A DNA stretch of 64,000 nucleotides from Amoebidium appalachense. Its lineage: Eukaryota; Protista; Ichthyosporea. The stretch is from the NCBI GenBank assembly GCA_963693365.1, contig CAVNZM010000008.1, positions 1,488,001 to 1,552,000 on the forward strand, given 5' to 3'. Position 1 is the first letter of the stretch. The number at the start of each line of letters is the position of its first letter. Below, piece by piece: positions 1 to 28,611 of the stretch. Below the pieces are notes generated by a model. It was not told where the DNA came from, did no database searches, and saw nothing but the letters and a program-made list of their open reading frames with translations. The position numbers were made by a program, and so were the translations under genes.

Positions 1-275
1 GAAGGGGGAGAGGAAGAGGGGGGGGGGGGGGGGGGGGGGACGTTAAGATGCAGGATGGACCACCCGAACATCATGCACACAGTAAGATAGTAGGTGATTA
101 AGGGCGGCTTAGGCATAAAGGAGAGCACCAAGGGAAACCAAGAACAGGGTTGCGGGGACGGGCGGGAGAGCCGGAGAGTAATAGGGCAATAGGTGGGCGG
201 GGTGGGGGAGCTGGGGTGGGGGGTTGGTAGGGTTGTGTAGGTGGTGGTGATGGTGATGGTTGAGGTGTGTGTGTG

Positions 276-326
<51 letters not shown>

Positions 327-389
327 TTTTAGGGGGGGGGGGGGGGGGGGGAGGGGGGGAGGGGAGGGGTGAGGGAGGGAGGAATATAC

Positions 390-1443
<1,054 letters not shown>

Positions 1444-1602
1444 CTCTGTGTCTGTAGTCGCCGGCCTAGAAACACCGTTTTACCTAGTAACCTCGTTTGG
1501 CCTAAAAATGATCTTGCTTGCTATAAACACAGAGAATCCAAAGAGAGAGAGACAGTAAATAGAGCAGCGCTGTGTGTGTGTTTTGGTTCCAAAAAATTTC
1601 GT

Positions 1603-1666
1603 TCACGTGACGGCGCGCGCCAAGCAGTTTGGCGCCAGATTCGGATCCATGACGTCATCACACGTG
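1603..1666. promoter_or_regulatory. Motif cluster upstream of CCT8: E-boxes, E2F-like site, CRE
   Basis: TCACGTGA 1603-1610, TTTGGCGC 1628-1635, TGACGTCA 1650-1657 and CACGTG 1661-1666, 160-220 bp upstream of the CCT8 ATG in repeat-free DNA. Function is inferred. Confidence 0.5.
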
Positions 1667-1841
1667 CCCCGGCGAGATATATGTATATTCACGGATTGAG
1701 ATATACACTGGATATACCATGTGGGCTTCGAAAGTTGGCATGATATGACGCTATAAAAAAAACATAAAAAAAGGTGCACTCCGTTATGATATTTTGTGTG
1801 CGTTGAGCTCCGTTATATGTGTGTGTGTGTGTACAGTATGT

Positions 1842-1946
<105 letters not shown>

Positions 1947-1949
1947 GTG

Positions 1950-2046
<97 letters not shown>

Positions 2047-2319
2047 GCACATGTACACACGTGTATGCGTGCTGCATGTATAGGTACGCACACCGTTAGT
2101 GTATACTATTGAATTACTCGCTTCCTTGCACGGAAAAGCACACACAAACCGTCCACACACAGACACCCATACTGCATAATGTAGGATTAATGAACGCACG
2201 TGCACACACATACACGGGTATAAAAACACACTGTCACACACACGTATACATAAACACACCTCAAGTACATGCACAAACTCGCACGAGTACACGTGCACGC
2301 ACGCAAGCACGCACATGCA

Positions 2320-2351
<32 letters not shown>

Positions 2352-4135
2352 ACACGCATGCACGGGCACAAACACACACAGAGGCACACACACGTGCACA
2401 CACACACACACACATGAACACTCACTACTGTAATGGGGGTTTAATTAATATACACAAAATCACTTAATTCAAAAATTTAGTGTAGCCCAAATGGAAATAA
2501 CAACACATTCTTTGGCATTTGCAATACTACAAGTTAAGTGATTCAAGAAGCATCCCCCCCCCCCCTCCCCCCCCCCCCCCCCCCCCGGGCCAGGGGAGGG
2601 GGGAGGGGGGGAAGGGAGGGGAGGGGATGAGGGGGGGGGGGGGGGGGGGGGGGCTATGTTATTATTCTTGTAGTTTTTTTTTGAATTTTTCTGTTCTCAG
2701 ACAGCAATGATTTCAAAGGTGGTCAGCCACTATGCACATTTCATGATTCGATTGTTTTCTTTTTTTTTTTTTTTTTTTTTTTTGCCTTAGAATACCAACA
2801 GGATCATCATGCTTGCCCAGCGCCGTGATGCCGGAAACAAACCCAACACTCGAACATGACTAGATTTAGACCGCCTTTGCATCTAATGCCGGGAGGCCTT
2901 CCTTGTTGCAATTTTCTGCTACTGCTGACTGTTTGCCCGATCAATCATGTGCACACGGGGAATTTAATTGGTTTATTATACTTTGTTGGTCCCGGCTCAA
3001 TTGCAAAAAGACTCTCGGAAACCACAGAGGTCGGCATGGAGGTTGAGGGAGGGGCGGGCAGGTAGGCGGGCGGGCGGGCGGAAGGGCCTGGGGGGGGGGG
3101 GGGGGGGGGGGGAGGGGGAGGGGGGAGGGGAGGGGGGGGGGGAGGGGGGAGGGGAGGGGGGGAGGGAGGGGAGGGGGGGGGGGGGGGGGGAGGGGGAAGG
3201 GTTGAGGCTGTAACCATTATGTATCAACGTATGGCAGGTGCCACTGGAGGGGCCAACCACAATAGCAGAATAGAATAAACTTGCTAGCCGGCTAAGAGCC
3301 AAACTTTCTAATTACGAGCTCCACAAGGCGACCAGTATATTTTGCGAACTTGCATCATGTTTCTCAGAAGCTGACAAAAACAGGGTTTGTTGTGCAAGTA
3401 GAATTATGCTGCAAAAGCACCGATATTTCTGTAAGGAGAACTTGATTCTGCAGACAGACGAATAACACTTCAACGGAAGATTCGTCTCATTAAAGACAGG
3501 TATTAAGGTGGGTAGATGCGTGATATCAAAGTTTACTTGTGTGTCTAAATTTATTTGCATACAGAGGTCGCATGGCCCCCCGGGAGTGGGACTTATCCCT
3601 GTCACGTAGTAAAACATATGTTGGAAGTTCAGGAACCATGTACATGGCATAGACAAATCCAATAATGCAACAGCTTACGGCACGGTGCATGCACAACAAG
3701 CCCATGTCCAGAGATCTATGATACGGTGTGCACTTTAGAGGAACATTCCCGTTAGGATCTGCAGGGCAACGTGATGATGCCAAGTGGATGCTCACTGTGT
3801 CCACTGTATTCAATGGATAACAACATGGTGCTGCCTTTGGTATGCTGCACTGTGATTACGATATTGTTGGCTAGCGCTTTGGGTGAGTATAATAATGTAA
3901 GTCACCTTTGCAACGGGGCCCCAGGAATTCAATTGCAACACTGCATTCTCTGTAACTCGTTTTTTGAATATGCTAATATGCTTCACTCTTCACCCTTTCC
4001 CAGCCTCCCCTCCCCCCCCCCCCCCCTCCCTTACCCCCGGGGAAGTCCCCCCTCTTAGTCTTCCCCTTCACTCTTCAACCCCCCGCCCCCCGCCCCCTTC
4101 CCCCCCTCCCCCCACCCCACCTGAAAAAAAAAAAC

Positions 4136-4237
<102 letters not shown>

Positions 4238-4239
4238 GT

Positions 4240-4329
<90 letters not shown>

Positions 4330-4890
4330 AGCACCCCCCTCAGCCCTCCCCCCACCTCCGGGGATCCGGACCCTTTCAACCTTGAGCCCCTCCTGCCCCT
4401 CTCTTGTATCCCCCCCCTCCCCCCCCCCCCCCCCCAAAAAAAAAAAAAAAAAAAAAGAAAAGAAAAAAAGAAGAAGAAGAAGAAGAAGAAGAAGAATAAA
4501 GAGAAGAAAGAAAATTCAACAAAATACACGCACACGCGCACACATGCACACACGCACACAAGCACGCACCCACACACACACACGCAAACACCAGCACCCC
4601 CCCCCCCCCCCTCCCCCCCCCCCCCCCCTCCCTCCCTCCCTCCAGGGCCCTTCCGGACGGTCCTCGGCCCTTTCAAAGTTTCACTGAACCTTGAGCCCGG
4701 CCCCGAGGCTCACGCTCGCGCGCACACACAAGCACACACACATACACACACGCGCGCGCATACACGCACACACGCACACACGGACACGCGCACACACACA
4801 CATTCACACACAACCGTGAACACATACATTTACAAGCACAAACAGACCGTGACTCGTGAGCCACAGTGTGATTGAGGAATTTGCAATGCA

Positions 4891-4924
4891 CCAATCATAC
4901 ACATCCATCTATCATTGCACCAAT
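4891..4924 (+). promoter_or_regulatory. Paired CCAAT boxes upstream of Elongin A
   Basis: GCACCAATCA occurs twice, CCAAT at 4891 and 4920 (29-bp spacing). A possible 5'UTR intron follows (GTAAAC ~5018 to CACAG ~5176). Confidence 0.5.
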
Positions 4925-5220
4925 CACATTCACGGTGATCTCCATGCTATTCAGGTAAATAGATCTGACCCACGACCTTCCACCCTCGACAGCCCGAAAA
5001 CTCAAAAAACTGTGAAGGTAAACAAATGGTGAAAGCGGCTTGAGGGACAGCAAATCCGCGGATTCAGAACACCAAAATTGAAGTGGCCTTCTATAGGCAT
5101 CCATTTACCTCCTGAAAAATAAGCACTTTACACCTTACCTTAGTGCACTATATTCAAAGTGCCGCCCATCACACAGGCTGGCTGAGTTCACACAGTGGGG
5201 TGCACAGTGCACATTGAAAC

Positions 5221-18053
<12,833 letters not shown>

Positions 18054-18750
18054 ACCAGACATGAGGTCAAGACTCTGGAGGAGTGTGCAAGTCGTATTTC
18101 TGTGCATGGGCCACTGACGGGCTGCAACACCGCATACGGCGCCAGGCAGATTCTAATTATATTAGTGATGGATTGAATCATGCATTATAAAGTGGCCGGT
18201 TTTTTCTCCCTCACACACACGTTTTCTTCCGAGTCGCTTGTTTTCATTTGCTGCATGGCTTTCTCCTCTCCCCTTTTCCCGCTTTCATAAGTGATGGTTT
18301 TCTGTTTGATTGGAATGAATGTTGTGCTACCACACTGTTATGGTGTGAGTTCTGCGAGGAAATCATAACAGGGGCCTGATCATGTCACATGGTTTAACGT
18401 CAGCACTATGTAGTGAAGCGGGGGGGCTAGTTTGGAACTCAGACTAGTTGCAATATTGGACGGGGCCACCAAAAAAAATAGATTATGTCTACACTATTAA
18501 CTAGATACTTAAAGAAAATAGTTGCCGTAATTATTCTACTACGTCTACAAGTGCAAACACTTGGCAATGCAAGGGGCTTGTGGTGCTGTGGATAGTGAAC
18601 AATGTCGTGAGTGGCTGAAATCCACCATTGAGCTCACTGGTGTGCTGCATGTTTTAAAAGTAATACATCTTGTCGTGTTGCTGATATGATCAATGATACA
18701 TTGACAACAGTTTGAAGAAACTGCAAGTTGCGAACTGGGGACCGTCGGGT

Positions 18751-18782
<32 letters not shown>

Positions 18783-19458
18783 ACACACACACACCCACCC
18801 ACCCCAACCCCCACCGCCCTTCCCCTTGCTCTCTCTGTCGTTCCTCTCAAACCTGCCCTATAGAGCCTCTGGTGTACACATCTGGTACCCAGCGCTGGCC
18901 ATTTTCCAGCCCACAGCGCTACAACGTTGCCCACATGCACCAGCCTCCAAGGCAAAGGGTGTGCTAGTGATTTCGCCCCAATTATTGAGTCTCCTCCGAG
19001 CCTCAGCATCAATTCCACATGGCCACATTTACAGTGTAGTCCGGAAGTGGGCATACCCCGTCGCCACGTGTTTGTACGTACACTACGGACACAGGCAGCA
19101 CATGGACGTGCAGCCCGGCACAACAGGTTACCTAGCTGCAGAAATATATTGGTGCACATCGTTATTAAGCCATTTTGTATTGGTTACGTCTTTGTATCCT
19201 GCATTTGATTCGCTCATTATCATTTATTTACTTTGCTGGTGCTGAGGATTGGCTTACCGCGATTTCGTTCGTCACCGCACGAAAACAAACTCGTACATTC
19301 CACGAACGGAAAAAACAGGGCTGAGAGAAAACGAAAAAGAAAGTCGGCGTAGGACCACAAACCACTTTACCACCGCTACACCAACCAGAAACAACGCCGT
19401 CTACACACAACAAAAAAAAGCTTGTTAGCAAAAGACCTAAGGCTCGTTGTACAAAATC

Positions 19459-21294
19459 ATGGCATCGGTGCTAGTCACCACTGCACTCTGTGCACTCACG
19501 TGTGCAGGGGTGGTGAGAGGGAAAACGGACACCATCACTCTGATGAACACCGCGCTTAAGGTAGACCAGGGGAAGAATAACGACCCGTTTTTGTGGTTCC
19601 CTCAGTGGATCAACCATTTTGATCCATACAGTAGCGCGGACAAATGGAAGCAGGTGGGTGGGCAAGAGAAAGTGCCTGCGCATGCGTGAGATCTGGGGCT
19701 CATTGCTAGGCTGATCTCTATTAAGAGGGACATAGGTTTGAGGATTTAATGGGATCGATGGAGGTGGGGGGTCGGGAATGGTTTAGAGTGTTGTGAATAT
19801 TAGGCTGCTTCTCGATTAGTCACCGGGGAACACGTTTGAACAAAGCGTGATGTTCATCTGGAGATCAATGTTTGAGTGCACTTTGGTAGGGATCTGGACT
19901 TGGTACCCAAACTATCACAAAAAAAACTCTTGAACTGAAAAACTCCATCTTTCTCTAACTTGCTCAACCGTACTCAATTTCTATCTCATCCCCCCCGCCT
20001 CCCCCCCTCCCCCTTTTGCCTCTCACACCTCACCCCCTCCCCCCCTCCCCCCTCCCCCCCCCCCTCCCCCCCCCCCCCCCCCCCCCCCCGCCCTTCCTCC
20101 CCCCCTCCCTCCCCGCCCCCAGCCCCAACCCCACCCCTCCTTACCCACCCCTCCCCCCCCCCCCCCCCCCCAAAAAAAACTCCATTATCCTATCGCCTCT
20201 TGCCAACTCTCCCACTCCCTCCTCCTCTCCCCCGTTTCTAATTCATCCCCTATTATTCCCCCCCATCCCCTCCCCTCCTCGCCCGGGCTTACTGCCACAG
20301 CGCTACCAAGTCAACGACACCTATGGTGTGCCTGGGGGACCTGTGTTTCTTCTTTTGGGAGGAGAGGGACCGATAGGTGCAGGCTGGCTGCAAACAGACA
20401 CAGCCGTCATGGTCTATGCACGCAACCACAATGCCACTGTTTTCCAGGTAACAAAATTCTTATCCCCTCAGGAGTCCACCCCCCCCCCCCCCCCCCCCCC
20501 CCCCAACCTTCCCTCTGAGTCGCCCCCTCCCCCCTCCCACCTATCCCCCGCTTCTGCCCCCCTTCCTCCCCTTTCTCCCCATCTTCCCTTCCCCCCTCTC
20601 GCCCTCTCCCCATCCCCCTCGCATGTACCCCCCTCCCCCCCCCACCCCCCCCCCCCCCCCCCCCCCCCCGCCCCTCCCCTCTCCCCTCTTCTCCTCCTAC
20701 ACCTGCCCCCTGCTCCCTGAGACCTCCTTCATACCCTGTATGTATCAAAGCCTCCTCTCCCCCCTCCCCCCTGCTCCCTTCCTTCGCCTCTACACCGCAC
20801 ACACATACCCACCCGCAGAGCCGTGTCGGGCTCGCTTTCTCTCGTCCGGCTGCCAGTCGTTTTCAACTTTTACCAAGTCACCGGCTGTGCAGCCTAACGG
20901 GACCTTTCATTCAATCACCTCCTCCCCTTCGAAACGCCTAGACCTTTAACATTCGGAAGGATTTGTTTGTTAGCCTTTTAGTATGTGTAAGTGGGTTAAA
21001 ATTTTTGAGGATATTTTTGCTTATCGACGGGCAGGAAACGGACGGGGCAAGGCAGGACGGAGAATTGGGGTGAGATTTTAGGAGGCTGCCGATGTTAAAG
21101 AGACCAAACGGCAACTTCGGGCATGGAAGAGAGGGGGAGGGGGGGGGGGGGGGGGGGGGAGGGGGACGGCAACACTGTATGCCCGTTGCAAACAGTGATT
21201 TCTCCTTTCTTGTGGGCTGACTCTTTGTCACAGTTGGAGCATCGTTTTTACGGCCAGTCCCAGCCATTCGGTATTTAGACCCCCCCCCCCCCCT

Positions 21295-21325
<31 letters not shown>

Positions 21326-21758
21326 GCGCCCGCCCGCTCACTCCCCCCGTCATGGTTACGCAACAAATTTTCGGACAAAGCTCAATGAGCACGGCTTGTT
21401 GCATGTTTCTTGTTATTTACTGACCATTCAGTATCTCGAGGGGGAGAGTATCCTTTTCGTTACTGTGTGAGACAACCTCAACAGCAAGTGTTTCAAAGCT
21501 ACACCCCCCCCACCCCCCCACCCCCCCCCACCACCACCACCACCACACCCCCCAACCCACCCTGCTTCGGCGCTCCCTCCCATCCCCCCCCCCCCCCAAG
21601 AAGGGCTCCCTTCACTTCTTCTACCCTCCTCCCCCCACCCTCCCCTCTCCCCCATACTTTCTCTTTGCCAAACTCATACTGCAGTTGCCTGATGCCTTTA
21701 TGTGTTCAGTATGACATATTCAAACAAGTACCACGCAAATACACACGTTTGTGCACAC

Positions 21759-21832
<74 letters not shown>

Positions 21833-24515
21833 ACACGCACACACACACACAGGGGACCAGTCCACCCCCCACCTGCGCTACCTCCACAGCCAGCAGGCTC
21901 TAGCCGATGCCGCCACCTTTGTCAGTTGGGTGACGTCACCCTCCTCCCCCTACCCCATCACGCCAGCGAATAAGTGGGTGGTCTTTGGGGGCAGTTACCC
22001 AGGCGCCCTGGCTGCCTGGTTTAGGGTATTTGCCCCCCCCCCCCCTCCCTCCCTCCCCTCGCCCCTCCCCTTCTGCACCCCCTCCCCCTCTCTCCACCCG
22101 CAACACACACACACGCAGTGGCTGATACGCTTACACAGAGACGTTACATTGCTTCATGTGCACACACACACATGCGCACCACACACACACACAGGCATTG
22201 TCATTGTCATCCGAGGGGTAGTGACAGAAGCCCCGCTGCCCACTCAATCATTATCTAAACTGACACCAGTTCCTGCTGCCCCCCCGCCCCCCCCCCGCCC
22301 CCGGTCCCCCCATTTTCCTTCCCTCCCTTTCTCCCCCCTGCTATCCTTCCCCGGCCCGGGCACCACCTCACCAACTTCTCTCCATCGCCCCCTTCACCCC
22401 AACATCCCCCACGAACACCCACAATCCTTCTGTCTAAACCTCCCACACACACTTTTATCCTCCCCCCCACTCCCCCCGGCTCCCCACCCCCACCCCCACC
22501 TCCAACCCGACTCCCCGAACGCCCACACACACACACACACAAACACACACTCGCACACAACCACTGCACACATATAAATACAATCTTTATCCCCCACTGG
22601 CACCCAAATTTCCCGCACACCCGCCCCCTCCCCCCTCCCCCCCCTCCCCCCTCCCCCCCTCCCCCCTCCTCCCCCCCCCCCCTCTCCTCCCTCCCTCCCC
22701 CCCGTCACCTCATCCCCCCTCCCCCTCCCCGAGCCCCCTCTGCCTATGATGCATACTCTGTATGTGTGCTTTCCAGTTTGCATTGTGTTCTCCGTCGTTG
22801 ATCTACACTTCATAACTGTATCGCAATCCATCCCCCCCCCCCCCCCCCCCCCCCCCCCCAACACCCGCCCCTGCCCTCCCCCTCCCCCTGCCCCCCTCTC
22901 AAACCCACTCCCCTCCCTCCCTCCCTCCCCTCCCTCCCGCCCGCCCCCCTCATGCACCCACAGCTCAAGTATCCCCACCTTGTGGTTGGTGCTGTGTCAT
23001 CCTCTGCCCCTCTTCACATCGTGCTCGACTTTAAGGAATATCTTAAAGTCGTGCAGCAAAGCCTGATGACTACAAAGGGGGGTGATCTCTGTGTCCAGAG
23101 GCTTAATGATGGTATTCTCCCCCCCCCCCCCCCCCCCCCCCCCTCCCCCTCCTCCTCCTCCCCTTTCCCCGTCGGAACCTGCGTACTTTAGGGATGAATT
23201 GGGTTCCCCCTAATATGGACTCCACGTTAAGATGCATACTCCGTGTGTACTCATTCTTTTACCGCAAATCTGTGGTTTGTTGGCCATCGTGAATTTGTTT
23301 TTCCTACTTCAAAGTGTGTTCTAAAGTTTCCCCCTCCCCCCCCCCCCCCCCCCCCTCCCCGCGCTCTCCCCTCCCAGCTCCCCCCCCCCCCCCCCTCCCC
23401 CCTCCCCCCTTCCCCCCGGGAACCGGGAAAAAACCAAACAAACAAACAAACACACACACACACACACATTAGATACCTCGGTTCATGGGAAAGTGCCCTT
23501 TATTCCAAAATAGACAATTCCCATCCATTTCTTTCCTTTAGTATTTATCACATGGCCTTAGTGTTTGGTTTCCCCCCACCTTTGCGTGATCATGTCGATT
23601 CCATTCTTCTCTCTCACCAACCAACCAGCCTACATCCCCATTTCATCTCGTCAAGGGTGAGAAGGGTCGGGTCTATGAGAATGGCGCATTAACTGTTACA
23701 AACATGTCTGTGTGTGGGTGGTTTGGTTGTTATTTGGTGAGTGGTTGGGGTGAAGGAGCAGTGGTAGGATTATTCAGCCCTGTGAGCAAGGCTGATTTAC
23801 GGTGGCAAAAAAGACCGTCGGAGATAGGGGTATAGTGTAGCAGCCACAGGTGTGGTGTGTGCTGATTATGTGTGTGGGGGTAAATGCAGCCACCAAGGAT
23901 GTGGAAGACAGATTGGCCACAGAGGAGGGCAGGCGGGAACTGGGCAAGGTCTTGCAATTGTGTAAGCCAATCAGGTGGGGATTATTATTTGGGTTTACAC
24001 ACTATTTACTGCTGTGGACACTGTCTGGGGCCCAGCCTCACTCGACGGCCTACTGCGTTTTCCAGCGCAGCCAATCAACTGCAGCTAGTGACATATGTAT
24101 ATGCTAAGCAACATTTAGCGCCGTCATAGCATACGACCACCCTATTACATATTATGGATAAGCAGAGGCCAGCATTGGTAGCTCCGAAAGAAAGTTAAGA
24201 CACCGTATCACAATATCATACTGTGCAGCATTAATAAGGTGATCTATAATAGTCATTTGTAAAACGGATATATTGAGGAAGGCGGATTATTTATTCTATT
24301 TTGCCTTTTGGGGGGGGGAGGGGGGGGGGGGGTTCTTTTTTTTTCTCGGGGGGGGGGGGGGGGGGGGGGGGGGGGGAGGAGGAGGGGGGGGGGGGGGGGG
24401 AGAAAGAGTAGGTCGATTGGGAGCCTGCGGAGAGAGTTTGAGTGGAACGTGTGACTTCGTAAAGAAAATCTGAAGTTGGCTTCATATGAATGGCAGGGGC
24501 GGGGTTGGGGTGTGT

Positions 24516-24546
<31 letters not shown>

Positions 24547-24608
24547 GGGGGGGAGAGAGGGAGGGGGGAAGGGGGGGGGGGGGGGGCTTATACGATCAGA
24601 TGCTTAAG

Positions 24609-24663
<55 letters not shown>

Positions 24664-25110
24664 AGAAAGAAAAAAGAAAAAGAAAAAGAAAAAGAAAAAA
24701 CACGACCAGCACCACCACCGCCACCACCCTTTTCCCGTAAACCCTTTTGCCCTACCCTGCAAATCCTGATATCCAAGTGCTTTTCTGGCGATGGGTGTGC
24801 CGTTGACATTGTGTGTGCTTATATCAATCTCTCATCCTGCTTTACACACACTTAAACGGCAGTGCACCACAAAAGAGACAATCTGTGGCCCTTTTTGGAA
24901 TGCCGTGTTTGCTGATGTTTTGTTTTCTGTGTGGGTGCAGGACGGACAGTCAGGAGGTGTTTGATAAAGATGTGGGCATCATGATGAGAGACATCGCAGA
25001 GTTTGTCAAGAACACCGTGCAGTATAACAGGTGGGACACGTAGTGTTCGTGCAGGAAATGCACATGCTCACTCAAACACACACACAAGCGTGTGGAAAAA
25101 CACACACGTG

Positions 25111-25142
<32 letters not shown>

Positions 25143-25168
25143 TGCACACATGCGCGCACACACGCGCA

Positions 25169-25246
<78 letters not shown>

Positions 25247-25380
25247 GACAGACACACGCATTCACGTACACACACCGTGGCGCATTCCACACACCAGTAC
25301 ACTCACATGTACAAACACACTTGCACACACGTGCATAATCACAAAGTAAAGACAAAAATTCTATATAGAGATAATCATAA

Positions 25381-25453
<73 letters not shown>

Positions 25454-25823
25454 GAAAGACACACGCATTCGCGTCCACACACCGTGGCGCATTCCACACA
25501 CCAGTACACTCACATGTACAAACACACTTGCACACACGTGCATAATCACAAAGTAAAGACAAAAATCCTATATAGAGATAATCATAAAGGGAACGGGGGG
25601 TATAACTGTATTACGACCACCAGAAACCCCATGCTTGCAATCTCTCTCGACCTGGATGTATTATGGATTCCTTTTGGCCACACACCAGATCTTTATTTAA
25701 ACCTGCACGAGTAGCAGAATTAAGTGCACCAATGAAAAGCTGCCAGGCATCTTTAAGTCCTAATCTCCCATTCAACCCCCCAGCCCATCATGGGAAATTC
25801 TACATAATGGATAATGGTCCGTC

Positions 25824-25888
<65 letters not shown>

Positions 25889-26418
25889 CTGGGGAGGGGA
25901 TGGGAAAAGGGAGGGAGGGGGGGGGGGGGGGGGGAGCAGAGGGATCGAGGGAAACAAGTATGCTTTCGTTTTTTTTTTTTTTTTGGTGGGGGGGGGGGGG
26001 GGGGTTCCCAGCATGTATCTTAAGGCCCCGCTTACCATATTTGGCAATTGCCTTTTTAGGGACAACCGGCTGGGCCACTCTCAAAGCTTCAACATGCAGG
26101 CCCTGTGTGACGTCATGACGAACCAATCAGAAAGCGCTCTGCACCAGTTTGCAATCATTGCTGGGCTGATGCTCGAAAACGACAAGAAGGAGTGTCTGGT
26201 GGGTGGATGGTGGTAGAAGGGGATAGAAAAGAGAAGAAGGGAGATAACGGGGAGGTAATGGGGGGGGGGAGGGGGGGGTCCGTTGTAGTGGTGACAAATT
26301 TAAACCAAGAACGGCGGGTGGTTAAAGTGTTTTTAAAATCTTGTCTGTGGTTTCTCTATTTTGTTTCTTTTCTTTTCTTTTCTTTTCTTTTGTTTTCTTT
26401 TTTTTTTTTTTGCGGGGC

Positions 26419-26457
<39 letters not shown>

Positions 26458-27197
26458 GGTCAATACGATACCGTGTGTTAATATTCATCGAATAAGGCTC
26501 AGGAAGACACAACATTGATAGCTGTAGAAAGAGCTCTCGTTCTCTTGCTTTCGTTTATTTTATTTCCTCTTTTTTTTTTTTTTTTTTTTTTTGAGTGGGT
26601 GGGGGGGGAAGGGGGGGGGGGGGGGGGGGGGGGGGGATATTTCTAGAACATGCAATCGGTTTTTTCCTTGCATGGTTTTTTATTCACTTTTCAAGATTTA
26701 TTTCCCAGAACCCCAACTACGACGACCACGTGCGTGAATTCCGCAACAGCACGGTGGAGGCAGGGGCTGACCGTACGTGGTGGTGGCAGAAGTGCAATGA
26801 GTTTGCTTACTTCCAGGTGGGTGGGTGTGTGTGTGTGGGGGGGGGGGGGGGAGGGTGTAGTTGGGGGAGGGGGGTGGGGGGGTTGGGGGGAGTGAGCGAT
26901 GGGGGGGAGGTGGGAAAGAGGAGGAAACGGGCCGGCGGGTGGTGAGATGTAGAGGGATGGCGATCAGGTGATGGAACTTGCAAGGTGTTACTATTGAATG
27001 TTTGGGGGGGGGGGAGGGAGGGGGGAGGGGGGGGGGGAGGAGGGGGACAATAGCTGGAAGGGTGCATGTGCCGGACAGGAGATGTGTCTGTCTGCATCAC
27101 TATATGCCTTACCAGAAAAAGTCACATAACCCCCCTCCGTCCGTCCTCTTTCTTGCCCCCCTCCCCCCCCCCCGCCCCCTCCCCCCCCCCCCCCCTG

Positions 27198-27243
<46 letters not shown>

Positions 27244-28149
27244 CACTGCCACCCACCCTCCGCCGTCGCCCCCCCCTGAAACACACACAGAAACGCCAAG
27301 ATCGCCAAAGCACATACACACACACGTGTGTGACTGCACACACGTGCACGCACACACACATGCACACATACACAACCACCCCCATGCCACCCCTACCTCC
27401 TCCTTCTCCAACCCCTTTTTCCCTCCCCCTACACAGACAACGGATGCGCCCAATGCCACCCAGCCCTTTGGACACCTCTTCCCCATTGCCATCAACTATG
27501 ACCTGTGCAGAGATATATTCGGTGTCCAGCCAGACCAGATTAGGTAGGTGGGTGTGTGTGTGTGCAGCGGGAAGGGAGGGGAGAGAGGGGGGGGAGAGGG
27601 AGGGGCTAGAAGAGGAGGGAGCATGGGGAGGTTGGGGGGGGGGGGGGGAGGGGGGTTGGAGGAGAGGGACAGAGAGGGGAGAGGGAAAGTGTGAGATAGA
27701 GAGAGAGGTGTGTGTGTGTGGGGGGGGGGGGGGGGGAGGGGAGGGGAAGAGGGAAGGAAGGGAGAGGTAGAGAGATTGAGGGAGGGGAGGAGAGAGGCAG
27801 AGAAAGATAAAGAGACACGAGAGAGAGAGAGAGGGGGGGGGGGGGGGGGGGGGTTTGCAAAGAAGCACGAGGTACATTATGCACTGAAGGCACCACAAGG
27901 GATTGATCAATCAAAAATTTCACTCCTGGCTGTGTTTAGATTTATTTCTCAAGAGAGTGACTGGGTATAGTGGGGAATGGGGGGACCGGGGAGTGGGGAG
28001 GGGGGTCATTGCCAAACATAGCAGCTGAGTGGTGTGAGGGTGGTGCAGGGCACATGTGGAGCACACCCGGACGCTGTATGGTGATCGCAACATCAGCACA
28101 TCAAACACAGTCTTTGTCAACGGCAACATCGGTATGTGCACATGCACAT

Positions 28150-28188
<39 letters not shown>

Positions 28189-28197
28189 AGAACACAT

Positions 28198-28234
<37 letters not shown>

Positions 28235-28243
28235 AGAACACAT

Positions 28244-28286
<43 letters not shown>

Positions 28287-28296
28287 AGAACACATG

Positions 28297-28341
<45 letters not shown>

Positions 28342-28350
28342 AGAACAAAT

Positions 28351-28401
<51 letters not shown>

Positions 28402-28431
28402 AGAACACAGGCACACACACACACACACACA

Positions 28432-28473
<42 letters not shown>

Positions 28474-28482
28474 AGAACACAT

Positions 28483-28539
<57 letters not shown>

Positions 28540-28573
28540 AGAACACAGGCGCACACACACACACACACATGAG

Positions 28574-28611
<38 letters not shown>

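Noticed and set aside
3312-3813. Two high-complexity - strand ORFs (116 and 95 aa)
   Set aside because: No recognisable motif or convincing splice structure.
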